NCBI RefSeq assembly: GCF_001194135.2
Contig: NC_068986.1
Location: forward strand, 89,088,738-89,124,857
Direction of reading: 5' to 3'
Length of the DNA: 36,120 bases
DNA from: Octopus bimaculoides
Taxonomy: Eukaryota
Below the pieces are notes generated by a model, which searched no databases, was not told the origin of the DNA, and worked only from the letters and a program-made list of their open reading frames with translations. Every line of letters begins with the position of its first letter. The stretch's first letter is position 1. Below, piece by piece: positions 1 through 11,759 of this stretch. The position numbers and the translations under genes are program-made.

Positions 1-63
1 ATACAGGTTTGTCCAAAAGTCACCTGACAGCAAATCAAAACCATTTAATTCTAAGGGGGGTAA

Positions 64-220
64 AGTAAAAGTGATACCAGTGGTGATCGGAGTATTGGGC
101 TCAATCCCATTGAAACTTCAAAATTTCTTAAGGAAACTGGAAATCCCATGCAAGATTGATGTCTTGCAAAAAGCAGCCTTATTGGGCCAGCGCCCATCTT
201 AAGGAAACTATTATCTTTAA
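64..220 (+). mobile_element. 3' end of RLE-type non-LTR retrotransposon (R4/NeSL/CRE-like), degenerate
   Basis: Manual translation VKVIPVVIGVLGSIPLKLQNFLRKLEIPCKIDVLQKAALLG, then after a frameshift APILRKLLSL. This matches the typical RLE C-terminus IPVVIGALG...LQK.ALLGTA.ILR..L. A short AAT-rich tail follows (~227-238). Confidence 0.75.
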
Positions 221-745
221 GGATTAACAATAATAATAGAAAAATGGAGTAGAGTCTAAAAATTCCACTTTTAACCGAATATGTATAGAATTTTCTAGTA
301 ATTTGGAGAATTAGTGAGGAAGCATCTAAGTGGGAGGTGAAGCTGATAAAAATGTAATTCAAATGCCCTTTATAGTGTTTGCTATCGTTCTGAGTCACGA
401 CGGACAATTTAGTATAAACTACGGTTTGAAGAAGAAATTATCAACAGTGAAGAAAGGCTTTTGTTGACAGGGTTATTTGATTAGTGTTGAGTTTGGGTTA
501 AACTGGGGCTATTAGATCCTCACTAATAATTTTTAATGGATTATTATGAATTTTTGAAAACAAATATGTTGATGATTGTTCTACCTTTCATTTGATAAAT
601 ATGCCTTCCATTAGGCTTTTGTGTTCTTTTGATTAATATGATTTAGCCCATATTCTTCGAAACATGTATTCATACCTATTTTTATGAGCATGTCCTCGAT
701 GAACGTTTCTGATATAAATTATACGTATATTATGCAAAACATTTG

Positions 746-746
<1 letters not shown>

Positions 747-776
<30 letters not shown>
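747..776. repeat. (TA)n microsatellite
   Basis: Direct reading. Confidence 0.95.
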
Positions 777-778
<2 letters not shown>

Positions 779-964
779 AGAAAAATTTTCCTGCAAAAAA
801 TGCCAATTTTTGCAAAAAGAAAAAAAATCCATAGTTGTATGCTTAGAAAGATTTACTTAGAAATATCGAAATATCTATGTGAGCTTTCAAGAAATGTTTT
901 TCTATGCTTTGCATTCTTCTAATGTCTGTATATTTTTTACCGTTATATCCACTTTCTGCTTTGT

Positions 965-1110
965 CTACGAGACTTAATGTTTATAAAACTATCCAGCGTA
1001 GTTTATTGAAATCTATATCGAAATTTCGATTTTACAGCATTCAGCAGACTAAATCAATGTTTATGATCAATATTTGATGCTTGAAAAGTTGCTGAGATGA
1101 CATGAAAATA
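965..1110 (-). mobile_element. possible hAT transposase C-terminal dimerisation-domain remnant
   Basis: Minus-strand translation YFHVISATFQASNIDHKH*FSLLNAVKSKFRYRFQ*TTLDSFINIKS resembles the hATC pattern P.SNA..ER.FS.LN.VK.K.RNRL...TL.SL..IK. It has stops and no TIRs were found. Confidence 0.35.
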
Positions 1111-2509
1111 ATCAACATTTTCCATTGTCTAGGCCACTAAATTTTGAAATGTTTTCAAGGATTTTGTTTTAACTTTTTGAACTATTACATATTTGAAATG
1201 ATTGTATAGACGTACAGTTCGCTCAATGATATTTTTCTCATCGCACGACACAATCTGTTTGCATTTTTCATTTAAATATATTACGCTGTCGATACAAAAT
1301 TATAGGAGATTTCTTTTGATTCAGAAGAGAAAAAAATCAAATACTCACGACTTTTCAAGTACATTTGCAGGAAATCATTTCCCCAAACTCAATTTTAGTT
1401 AGTAAAATCAATGGCGTCCTCCAATCAGAAATTATATCAGAAATTCAACAATCCAAGTATCATACATTAATTGTTGTTGTTGAAAGCACCGATATTTCTG
1501 CTAGTAAAATGATATCCTGTAATTTAACTTTATACAATTTTTGTTGAATGTTCTTACAAAGCTAAATCGATCATAAATGCGGATAAAATGTTCCATAAAA
1601 CCAACACGCCATAAAAAATATGCTTAATACAGATGTTAAATTTGTTAGGTTAGGAAAAAGAAAAGCAACAGCGACTCAAATCAAATAAAGTATTTCTCGT
1701 CTAATCACCGAAGCCTCACAACGTAAACTTTAACAACAAGTAGTGCTTCAAATAATGTTCCAAATAATGAAAGAATTAGATAGTATTCTTGGCAGTATGT
1801 ATATGACAGAATATCATCAGTTCGAAAAGAGAAATTTATTTTAAAAATTGGTAAATTTAAAGAATGTTTAACATTTCCATCACGATCTTCACGAGAAGCG
1901 GTTTGTTCTGATAACAATCGCTTCTCGTAAAGCGATTATTATCCTGGTGGTTTCTTGTTATGAAGACATCTAACCTTCAAAGTCCCAATGCAGAACTATA
2001 AAGCAGTATTCGAATTATTTGGAAATTGTAGAATAATGAAAATATTGGTCTAATAAGGGAAAATTCGCATTAAAAATTGCCGAAATAAATTTTTCTAAAT
2101 AAATAATATTTTTCATAAACCAGTAAATGCTAGCATAAAATACATTTAACTCAAACTAAAAGACTAGAACAAATGAAAGCAAAAATTTGCAAACTGAGTA
2201 AACAATACCCGGAGAAAACCATTTCTTGGAACAGCATCATTTACAAAAGAGCAAAAATTTTATATAGAAGAATAAACATTGAACAACGAACTTTATTCTC
2301 TTTAGTAATTGTTAAAAATTTAGTTTCAGAAGATCCAAAGACTATCAAGAATAAAGGCCCTGCAAATACTTGCATGCTCAAAAGAAATTCACCGTTGCCT
2401 TTTTTACACAACTTATACAGTGAAAATTATGCATACATATATGTAGACAGATATTCATGCACGTATGTATAAAGGACAGACAAAGAGGTTGAGAGACAGA
2501 CATTACCAT

Positions 2510-3450
2510 ATCTATCTAGAACTGCAAGTTTTTGGCAAGGAGAAAAAAGTCAACTGCGAAGTGCTAGTGACATGCGAAACCCGTCGAAGGAAAGAAAAAT
2601 ATGCGACATGGACAGAAGTCGTGAGATGTGAGAGCAACAGTCGGTATAGAATTCGTCGTATGCAAAGAGACGGATTCGGAAATTGTTTCATGCTAATTTC
2701 TTCTTCACAGATTGGATTGTTAAACGTTCATCTCTCAGGAAAGCCCATTCTGAATATCATGCAAACCTATGCTCTTACAAATAGCGCAAAGACAATGAAG
2801 TACAAGAATTCTAGCAAGAACTAGAGAAAGACCGAGCTCCTCACAAATCCGCTAACATCGTAGTGGTGGAAGGTTTTGACGTCAAGGTGGGAGAAGGGAT
2901 GCAGGGAGAGAATAGAAATGCGTTGGAGTGTTTGGATTGGGAAACAGAAAGAAAATGTTTAGTCACCATGGCAGCAGCAAGACGATTTTACATTGGGAAC
3001 AATCTATTTAGGAGGTAATCTGGTAGATGAGGGATCTAGATAGCGCCAAACACCCAGTACAAAATTGAGATTGATTACGGCCTAGTCAACATATAGCGCA
3101 TACTACAGGATGTCCTTGTGATAGCGCCCGTTGCCAGCACCAGGTGAAGATCACGATTAACAAAATCAGAGAGAAAATGGCTGTGTGCATTTAAATGAAG
3201 AATCGATGCATCAGGGCCTTGTATGTGACGCAGGTGCAGGAGGCTCTCAAACGGGATGTGGAGTCAACTTGAATACTATGACGGGGACATCAATTCACTG
3301 GTCTCAATAATCAAAAGCTGTATGTGAAATATTAGAACTGCAAGCTATTGGGTGCTTGACAGAAGAACCTCAGAGGAGACGAAGAAAACGCTAGAGAAAG
3401 AGAAATCTATGAAGAATAACATGAAAAATCACATCGAGTATTCCGTTTTA
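2510..3450 (+). mobile_element. RTE-clade LINE remnant (AP endonuclease domain and linker), frameshifted
   Basis: ...CETRRRKE...IGLLNVHLSGKPILNIMQTYALTNSA / KDNEVQEF*QELE...IVVVEGFDVKVGE...IGNNLFRR...IAPNTQYKIEIDYGLVN..ILQDVLV aligns with APE motifs CETR, QVYAPT, GDFNAKVG, NTFF, SPNG..KNEIDYIL. It is followed by TSEETKKTLEKEKSMK...HIEYSVL, typical of the RTE linker. Confidence 0.8.
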
Positions 3451-3864
3451 CCTCATTTCGCCTTTTTGCAAGGAGAGAAATAGCATTTCACGACTCTTTC
3501 AAGCTATATATAGAAGATGAAGTATAATGTTTTCAACAATTTTAACTTCAATGATAGATAATAATGCATTTGGTGCAATATATCATACAGAAGATATAGA
3601 GCTCACAGCGGCGGTGGAGGAAGCAAAGCCTGAACTTTTTGAGTCGATCCCAATAGTCAAGGCTTGACATGTCATCCTCTGCAGACCTCCGCTAAGCAGC
3701 TCATTTTAAGATAGATACGCGAGTAAAATTACTAATAGAGAAACGAAAGTAAACATTGGAAACAGCTACGCCACCATAGGTTACGTGGAAATGTTGAAGG
3801 TGTTTTCAAAGGAGATAATCAAAGAACGTAACATTGTAATATTTCATGTAAAGTAAATATAACA

Positions 3865-4056
3865 AATGAAAAATCCTTCAAGAATCCATAAAAATTCCCG
3901 GATCACTACCAAAATTTCATCATCTTCTCCATGTGTCATTATCAACTTTTCCTGCAAGTTTCATTAAATGCCATTCACAACTTTTGAGTTATTTTGCACA
4001 CAGACGCTCAAACCAACACCGAGGAAAACATAACCTCCTTCCTTGGCGGAAATAAC
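3865..4056 (+). mobile_element. non-autonomous Helentron/HINE-like (or MITE) 3' portion
   Basis: Ends in AAAACATAACCTCCTTCCTTGGCGGAAATAAC, with a short terminal hairpin (TTCC-TTGGC-GGAA, 4039-4051). This resembles the recurrent AAAACATAACCTCCTTGGCGGAGGTAA end of aquatic-invertebrate non-autonomous elements (recalled, not searched). Confidence 0.45.
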
Positions 4057-4090
4057 AAGACAAGTATCATAAAGAACACTTCATCAGACT

Positions 4091-5035
4091 GAACGCCACG
4101 CATTCATTTCCAAGTAAGTTTATCTTAATAGCTTTGATGCGAATCTCTGTACTGTTCTCTCTGTCCCCTTTCGTTTCATCTCTCTTCCTTTCTGTAATTC
4201 TTTTTATCTCCCCTTCTCCCCATTTCATTTTTTTCTCTTTCTCGTTACTGTAATTCTTTACCTCGCTCCTTCACCGCTCTTTATCTGTCCCTTTCTCTTT
4301 CCCACTCTTCCTCCTCTACTCTCTCGTTGCTCACACGTGATCATCGGCCATCTATATTTTCCTAACTTGAGCTTCTTTCTTACCTTTTGATCTGCCACAC
4401 AGATCACACTAATTCTTGTCTGTCTACTCTCCTGTCCTTTCTCCTATCAAAGCTTCTTCCTCCAGCGTTCACCACTTCACCTCGTTACGGCTTAGTAGCC
4501 CTTACTGTTTGTTTTCACTGTCCTATTTTTGTTACCAATTTTGACCCTATGCAAATCCCAAATTTTAATTTTCTTTGCGGGAGCAACTATTTTCTCGGAG
4601 ACACATGTTGTCGTAATTGCTCGGAATGTGGAGCATATAAACAGCCGACAACTGATGAAAGGTCGTTCTTTATGTTACTTGTCTTGTTTTCCATTTGTTA
4701 CTTTCGATGTTTGCAAAAGCGTTCGTATTCCATGTTTTCGTATTTTGTATCTCATGTTGTTTAGGTTTTATGATGTACTGCACCCATATATGCATCTCCC
4801 TGTTTGTTTCTGTGTTCTTTTCTGTCGAAGTGCGTTGGCTCGAAACGTAAAAGACTTTCTCACTTCCCGAGCGTTAAACTATTACATCTGTTTGCTGTTT
4901 ACGCACCCGTCTTCGTCTTTTGGTTTTTTTGTAAATTCTCACTACATATATGTATGTATATTTGCATATGTATATATACATTATTTATATTATTATACGA
5001 TTGAACGCCACGCATCCACTTATAAGTGAGTTTAT
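4091..5035 (+). mobile_element. non-coding interspersed repeat with pyrimidine-rich tract and HHR-like module (PLE pseudo-LTR-like)
   Basis: Its ends repeat directly (GAACGCCACGCA at 4091 and 5003). The 4380-4795 part is homologous to 33541-33870 (opposite strand). The 4795-4990 part is homologous to 12522-12730 (-) and 18595-18740 (+). Confidence 0.6.
4818..4853 (+). ncRNA. minimal type I hammerhead-like motif, family F1 (CUGUCGA core)
   Basis: UUUU / CUGUCGA-A / GUGC-GUUG-GCUC / GAAAC-GUA^ / AAAG; stem II has one U.U mismatch. Confidence 0.45.
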
Positions 5036-5193
5036 ATATATATATATATATATATATACATACACANNNNNNNNNNNNNNNNNNNNNNNNNNNNNNNNNN
5101 NNNNNNNNNNNNNNNNNNNNNNNNNNNNNNNNNNNNNNNNNNNNNNNNNNNNNNNNNNNNNNNNNNNNNNNNNNNNNNNNNNNNNNNNNNNNN

Positions 5194-5392
5194 GAAACGT
5201 AAAAGACTTTCTCACTTCCCGAGCGTTAAACTATTACATCTGTTTGCTGTTTACGCACCCGTCTTCGTCTTTTGGTTTTTTTGTAAATTCTCACTACATA
5301 TATGTATGTATATTTGCATATGTATATATACATTATTTATATTATTATACGATTGAACGCCACGCATCCACTTATAAGTGAGTTTATATATA
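5194..5392 (+). repeat. exact duplicate of 4842-5040 across an N gap
   Basis: Identical by eye over ~200 bp and begins right at the gap edge; probably an assembly overlap. Confidence 0.8.
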
Positions 5393-5789
5393 TATATATA
5401 TATATATATGAACACATATACATATATTTTGTGTTTGTGTGGGGTATTGCGTACGTCCGGGGGGTGTATGTATGTAGTGATGTATGAGACCTTTAGTCAC
5501 CATCTTTTTCTAGTAAGATTTATCATGCGCATACTCAACCGGATTCAAAAGCTCCCAAAGAGAAGGGCACTAAAATAGCACTGCTTTTAAAGTTCATAGG
5601 AAAACAAAAATATTTAATTACAGTAAGATAATAATTATATTCACAATACGCAGAGTAATGACTGACATTTTTTATGCGTGGTAGTACTTACAAATTTTTA
5701 TTACAATATAAATTCAAGTATAACCCTACACACACATTACAGATACGGAGAGAGATATAAAAAGAGAAAGAAAGTGCTACAGATCGATA

Positions 5790-5804
5790 AGCAGACAGAC
5801 AGAC

Positions 5805-5876
<72 letters not shown>

Positions 5877-6233
5877 GGATAGATAGATGGATGGATGGAT
5901 GGATAGGTAGATAGATACAGACAAACAGATAGAGAGACAGACAGAGACAGTGTGTATGAGTAATACAGCGAGAGAGAGATGGAGAGAGAGTGGGAGGGAG
6001 GGAGAGAGAGAGGGAGAGAAAGAGAGAGAGAAGGAGAGAGAGATAGAGAAACACAGCGAGAGTGAGAGAAAGAGAAAGAGAGAGAGTGAGAGGAGAGAGA
6101 GAAATACTCGAATGCATCTCTAAAAAATAAAAAATATATTTCTGTGTGTGAATCAATCAATCTAGCTGTCTACCTACCTGATTGCGTGTGTGTGTGCGTG
6201 TGTGTGTGTGTGTGTGTGAGTGTGTGTGTGTGT

Positions 6234-6270
<37 letters not shown>
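5790..6270. repeat. compound microsatellite (GACA)(GATA)(GGAT)(GA) followed by (TG)n
   Basis: Direct reading. Confidence 0.95.
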
Positions 6271-6424
6271 TACATACATACATAAATTTGTACACGCAAG
6301 CACATACACATATATACATACTTATGTATATATCACACAATTTTTGCTTGTTTATATATCTACGTATTCATTACTCCCCCCTCACTTCACACGCATGCAC
6401 CCATAATTTGTTTTCAGCTCTTAC

Positions 6425-6427
<3 letters not shown>

Positions 6428-6458
<31 letters not shown>

Positions 6459-6593
6459 GTATTCTATACGTCCCTTTGCATTATCTCCAAGCTGTCCAGT
6501 TTCTCTCTGCTAGCCAACATCAACTCACATCAGCCTTCACATTTAAGTAAATCAATAGATTCCGTTAAAAATGAATGAAAGGAGAAAATAATA

Positions 6594-6677
<84 letters not shown>

Positions 6678-6989
6678 GTAGTAACAACAACAACAGCGTA
6701 ACAAACACACACCCAGACTGTTCGGAAGACACATAATTTTTAACTCGTCCATTTCCTGGCCAACAATCTTTTGTTGATCTATAATGGCAGTGCTATGAAA
6801 CTATTTCAAGTCCTTCATAGAACTGTCTTATTCCATTATTCTATCGAAAAAGAGCCGTTAGTACCTTAATTTTGGCAAACATTCCTCGATGTCTCCGAAA
6901 TCCTAATATCAACAAAACCAAAAAATATATGTATAAAACGGCCGCAGCAGCAGTAGCAGCTGCAGTAGTAGTAGTATTAGTAGTAGTAT

Positions 6990-7054
<65 letters not shown>

Positions 7055-7060
7055 ACGATA
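6428..7060. repeat. trinucleotide microsatellites (TTA)n, (AAT)n, (GCA)/(GTA)n
   Basis: Direct reading; these produce the poly-I, poly-V, poly-T and poly-L pseudo-ORFs. Confidence 0.95.
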
Positions 7061-7433
7061 ATAATAACTGTAGATGAAAACATAACAAAGAGAGTAACAT
7101 ATAAAGAAAACATGAAATGTAACAATAATGGTGTGGAAAAAAGAAAAATGAAAAAAATATATATATATGGAAGGAAAGTAAAAATAAAACCCATCAAATA
7201 CACCTCATACCATCACTCTCATTCATCTCCTCTTTCTCTTCGTTCTTTTTTCTTCCCAATAGTTCTCTTGTCATGTATTTCACTTGATCTCTCAGTTAAT
7301 ATTTTGCGATTTCACGTCCAATATTTACTGTTCTATTACTCTTTCAGACGGCCATAGCGCCACAGTAAATATTTCTGATAATAATGCACATAAAGCATAC
7401 ATACATACATACACACACGTGTAAATCTACTTC

Positions 7434-7473
<40 letters not shown>

Positions 7474-8019
7474 NNNNNNNNNNNNNNNNNNNNNNNNNNN
7501 NNNNNNNNNNNNNNNNNNNNNNNNNNNNNNNNNNNNNNNNNNNNNNNNNNNNNNNNNNNNNNNNNNNNNNNNNNNNNNNNNNNNNNNNNNNNNNNNNNNN
7601 NNNNNNNNNNNNNNNNNNNNNNNNNNNNNNNNNNNNNNNNNNNNNNNNNNNNNNNNNNNNNNNNNNNNNNNNNNNNNNNNNNNNNNNNNNNNNNNNNNNN
7701 NNNNNNNNNNNNNNNNNNNNNNNNNNNNNNNNNNNNNNNNNNNNNNNNNNNNNNNNNNNNNNNNNNNNNNNNNNNNNNNNNNNNNNNNNNNNNNNNNNNN
7801 NNNNNNNNNNNNNNNNNNNNNNNNNNNNNNNNNNNNNNNNNNNNNNNNNNNNNNNNNNNNNNNNNNNNNNNNNNNNNNNNNNNNNNNNNNNNNNNNNNNN
7901 NNNNNNNNNNNNNNNNNNNNNNNNNNNNNNNNNNNNNNNNNNNNNNNNNNNNNNNNNNNNNNNNNNNNNNNNNNNNNNNNNNNNNNNNNNNNNNNNNNNN
8001 NNNNNNNNNNNNNNNNNNN

Positions 8020-8061
<42 letters not shown>

Positions 8062-8584
8062 TGCATACATACATACACACATACACACATACATACATAC
8101 ATACATACACACACATTTTCATACATACATGTACATACATATATAGTTTATCAAATTATTGGAAGCATCAGAATTGTACCAGATTCGGTAGAATGAATAT
8201 TAACAGCAATTGTTCCACTATGTGTTTTTTTTCAGTGTTTTGTTTTGCTTCTCATTGAATTTACTGGTTCTTTATCAGATTACTTTAGGTGATCAAAATT
8301 GTGTACTTGTGTATGGAAAATCTATGTATGGTTGTTAACAGTTTATGTTTGCAGAATGAAAGAACAGATGGTGATGTGTGAAATATGTTAGAGAAAAATA
8401 CTGGGGACTTTGCTTTTGATACAGAATAGAGAAGCCTACAGCAAACACTAATCTTTAATTGGGTGGAAGTTGTGAGTTTGAAACCAACATATATGCTGTC
8501 TACGGAGAAGTACTGACTATCAGATCTCTCAGATACTTCATTTAACATCGTCATCGTCAGTCATTTTTATAGTTGATGGTATAG

Positions 8585-8616
8585 TTTCTCATGATAAGGT
8601 CCGAAACGTCGAGAAA
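8585..8616 (+). ncRNA. decayed minimal hammerhead-like motif
   Basis: UUUCUC (8585-90) pairs perfectly with GAGAAA (8611-16) around AUGA-UAAGGUCC-GAAAC-GUC^. The CUG of the CUGAUGA core is missing. Confidence 0.35.
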
Positions 8617-9384
8617 ATAATCAGATCTGTAATTGTTTGACTATCGACTACACAATGACAGATATTCTATACCGTCAGAACCAAAGGATTTCAATCCCAG
8701 TACTCACTTGATTGCAATGTGCGTTTTTAAAGCCGGCTACTTTAAGCATTTTATGTATCTTTGTGTATGTTTACGAAGTGGCACCACTGTTAATACTTCG
8801 GCCAGTAATTGAGTACAGTTTGTGTGTTAATAAATTTACACATCACATACACACACGTACGTGTGAATGTATGTGTGTGCATGTGTGTATATATACATAC
8901 ATATATATGTATATATATAGACATACATATATATGTATATATATANNNNNNNNNNNNNNNNNNNNNNNNNNNNNNNNNNNNNNNNNNNNNNNNNNNNNNN
9001 NNNNNNNNNNNNNNNNNNNNNNNNNNNNNNNNNNNNNNNNNNNNNNNNNNNNNNNNNNNNNNNNNNNNNNNNNNNNNNNNNNNNNNNNNNNNNNNNNNNN
9101 NNNNNNNNNNNNNNNNNNNNNNNNNNNNNNNNNNNNNNNNNNNNNNNNNNNNNNNNNNNNNNNNNNNNNNNNNNNNNNNNNNNNNNNNNNNNNNNNNNNN
9201 NNNNNNNNNNNNNNNNNNNNNNNNNNNNNNNNNNNNNNNNNNNNNNNNNNNNNNNNNNNNNNNNNNNNNNNNNNNNNNNNNNNNNNNNNNNNNNNNNNNN
9301 NNNNNNNNNNNNNNNNNNNNNNNNNNNNNNNNNNNNNNNNNNNNNNNNNNNNNNNNNTATATATATACAGTACAAATACTGGAG

Positions 9385-9918
9385 ATGGTGGGTAAATGCG
9401 CACATGCGCATTGTTTGTTTTTGAGTTCGTCGACAACGCAGTACAGTAGGGTCAAGGGTACCGTCTGTGAGACAAACAGCGCCATGACGCAATTCACTCT
9501 GCCAGAAATTTGAAAACGACAAGCTGTACGTCTTGGCATTCTAGCTGCTGGAATCTCCAATACGAACAGATAGTGAACACACAAAACAACGGTTGATTTG
9601 CCGTGTTCCCAAAACATCTGCCAGGAGTGATAAAAATCAAACATCCAGTCAACATAATGGTGTTTGCAAATATCACTAGTGATAGTGATGTTATACCTCC
9701 ATTAATCTTCTCATACGGCCTCAGACTCAATACAGTGGTCTATATCAAGTGCCTGGGGGTAGGGGGTAGTGCTGCCCTGGGTCAAGAGTGCGGTTGCTGA
9801 AAACCCTATGTCAACAGGACTCTGAATCATGCCACGCAAATAGGAGAACTCAGTCATGGCTGTCAGATAATTTCTGCGACCACATCATTTCTAACATCTG
9901 GCCACATAATCTGCAACA
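9385..9918 (+). mobile_element. internally deleted Tc1/mariner-superfamily transposon remnant
   Basis: N-terminal-like MTQFTLPEI*KRQAVRLGI (9484) is joined to the catalytic region KHPVNIMVFANITSDSDVIPPLIFSYGLRLNT..YIKCL...QQDSESCHANRRTQSWLSDNFCDHIISNIWPHNL, matching mariner QQD.AP and WPPNSPD motifs. Confidence 0.85.
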
Positions 9919-10187
9919 CCACTCAGTTGAATACGTAAGTTCTCGTACCGCATCTTAAGCTAGCCTAAACAATAGCAATATTACAAACCTGAATAACCCA
10001 CCTCAGGTATATACTACTAAGCTCAAGCCAACATCCCACAACTCTACCTATACGACAACAAATATTAGTTCCATTGCAACCTCCCAGTCCAATATTAATA
10101 TAAATTACCACATGGATTCTCCACCACTAAGAACAAACCAGCCTCAACGTCACTAATAGTAACCCCAACCACAGAACTAACATAAAT

Positions 10188-10610
10188 ACTTGCAACTGTC
10201 AAGCATCTGAATCCTGCCCTCTTGCAGGCTCTTCTCTCCGCAAAAACGTAATCTATAAGTGCCGTGTGATGACACCCCGTGATCACCAGGCAAAAGTGAA
10301 TATCGGTATGGCACTGCAATTTTAAACGCCGATATCGTGTTCATATAAATTCTTTCAGTCATCCGAAATCTAATCTATCAACATCTTTAGTAACACACAC
10401 AAACCCAAATCAAAAAGTAACTAGTACACCCGATTATGGTCTATAGTAGGTGAAGCTTCCCCCTACAATACAAATATAGGTAAATGTAAACCATGCATAC
10501 AAAAGTCATTATCAATTCTTCGCCTCTACAACTCCTCGCTGTTAAATAGATTCCCTGACGTTATTTAATCATGTAAGCATAAATACTATAGACTTTCATG
10601 CACTTCGCTA
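10188..10610 (+). mobile_element. Penelope-like element GIY-YIG endonuclease remnant (Neptune-like), frameshifted
   Basis: TCNCQASESCPLAGSSLRKNVIYKCRV...VNIGMA / NFKRRYRVHINSFSHPKSNLSTSL / WSIVGEASPYNTNIGKCKPCIQKSLSIL...LLNRFPDVI*SCKH. This matches CNC...CPL.G.C...VVY...YIG...FK.RY..H..SF...ST.LS...WSI...A..Y...C.LC..EK..I...LLN.R.E...CRH. The element probably extends upstream to ~9920. Confidence 0.8.
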
Positions 10611-11759
10611 ATTCTAAATAATCCTACAAAAAGCCTCTAGACCCATTAAAATTCTAATCTAAAGCAGAGTCAAACTAACAATCAACTTCTTATTCATTTG
10701 TGAATGGATTATATATAAGTGTGTGTGTGTGTGGGGGGGGGGACACATACACTTGAAATATCCACACTCACATTTAGAAATATGATACATGTACACGTAA
10801 GATAGACATAGAAGCGCTTAGATACATATAGGCAAACACTCACACACACATATACACATATACAAACATACAAACACCTATATAAAAACCCAATATTATC
10901 AATATATACTTAGATACCCACACAAATATAAATGTATATAACGTACATTTCAAATTTATTCCAAATATTATAATCAACCACTTTTTCATNNNNNNNNNNN
11001 NNNNNNNNNNNNNNNNNNNNNNNNNNNNNNNNNNNNNNNNNNNNNNNNNNNNNNNNNNNNNNNNNNNNNNNNNNNNNNNNNNNNNNNNNNNNNNNNNNNN
11101 NNNNNNNNNNNNNNNNNNNNNNNNNNNNNNNNNNNNNNNNNNNNNNNNNNNNNNNNNNNNNNNNNNNNNNNNNNNNNNNNNNNNNNNNNNNNNNNNNNNN
11201 NNNNNNNNNNNNNNNNNNNNNNNNNNNNNNNNNNNNNNNNNNNNNNNNNNNNNNNNNNNNNNNNNNNNNNNNNNNNNNNNNNNNNNNNNNNNNNNNNNNN
11301 NNNNNNNNNNNNNNNNNNNNNNNNNNNNNNNNNNNNNNNNNNNNNNNNNNNNNNNNNNNNNNNNNNNNNNNNNNNNNNNNNNNNNNNNNNNNNNNNNNNN
11401 NNNNNNNNNNNNNNNNNNNNNNNNNNNNNNNNNNNNNNNNNNNNNNNNNNNNNNNNNNNNNNNNNNNNNNNNNNNNNNNNNNNNNNNNNNNNNNNNNNNN
11501 NNNNNNNNNNNNNNNNNNNNNNNNNNNNNNNNNNNNNNNNNNNNNNNNNNNNNNNNNNNNNNNNNNNNNNNNNNNNNNNNNNNNNNNNNNNNNNNNNNNN
11601 NNNNNNNNNNNNNNNNNNNNNNNNNNNNNNNNNNNNNNNNNNNNNNNNNNNNNNNNNNNNNNNNNNNNNNNNNNNNNNNNNNNNNNNNNNNNNNNNNNNN
11701 NNNNNNNNNNNNNNNNNNNNNNNNNNNNNNNNNNNNNNNNNNNNNNNNNNNNNNNNNNN

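Noticed and set aside
650-670. GAAAC-AU-GUA with palindromic ACAUGU
   Set aside because: No CUGANGA core or stem II upstream; likely chance.
4652-4730. Canonical CUGAUGA in the repeat body (also 33669-33675 minus and 4081-4087 minus)
   Set aside because: No matching stem II-GAAA-stem III could be built in any copy.
5194-5392. Apparent 352-bp tandem of the F1 HHR unit
   Set aside because: Identical to 4842-5040 and starts at a gap edge next to (TA)n; most likely an assembly overlap rather than a real tandem.
6870-6907. Candidate 38-nt micro-exon on the minus strand (ttag|GATTTC...ATTAAG|gtacta; DFGDIEECLPKL or FRRHRGMFAKIK)
   Set aside because: Splice signals are plausible, but there is no recognisable protein and no compatible neighbouring exon; needs RNA-seq.
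8285-8554. ORF with YVG, suggestive of GIY-YIG
   Set aside because: Other catalytic motifs are absent, and it lies on the opposite strand to the nearby HHR-like motif.
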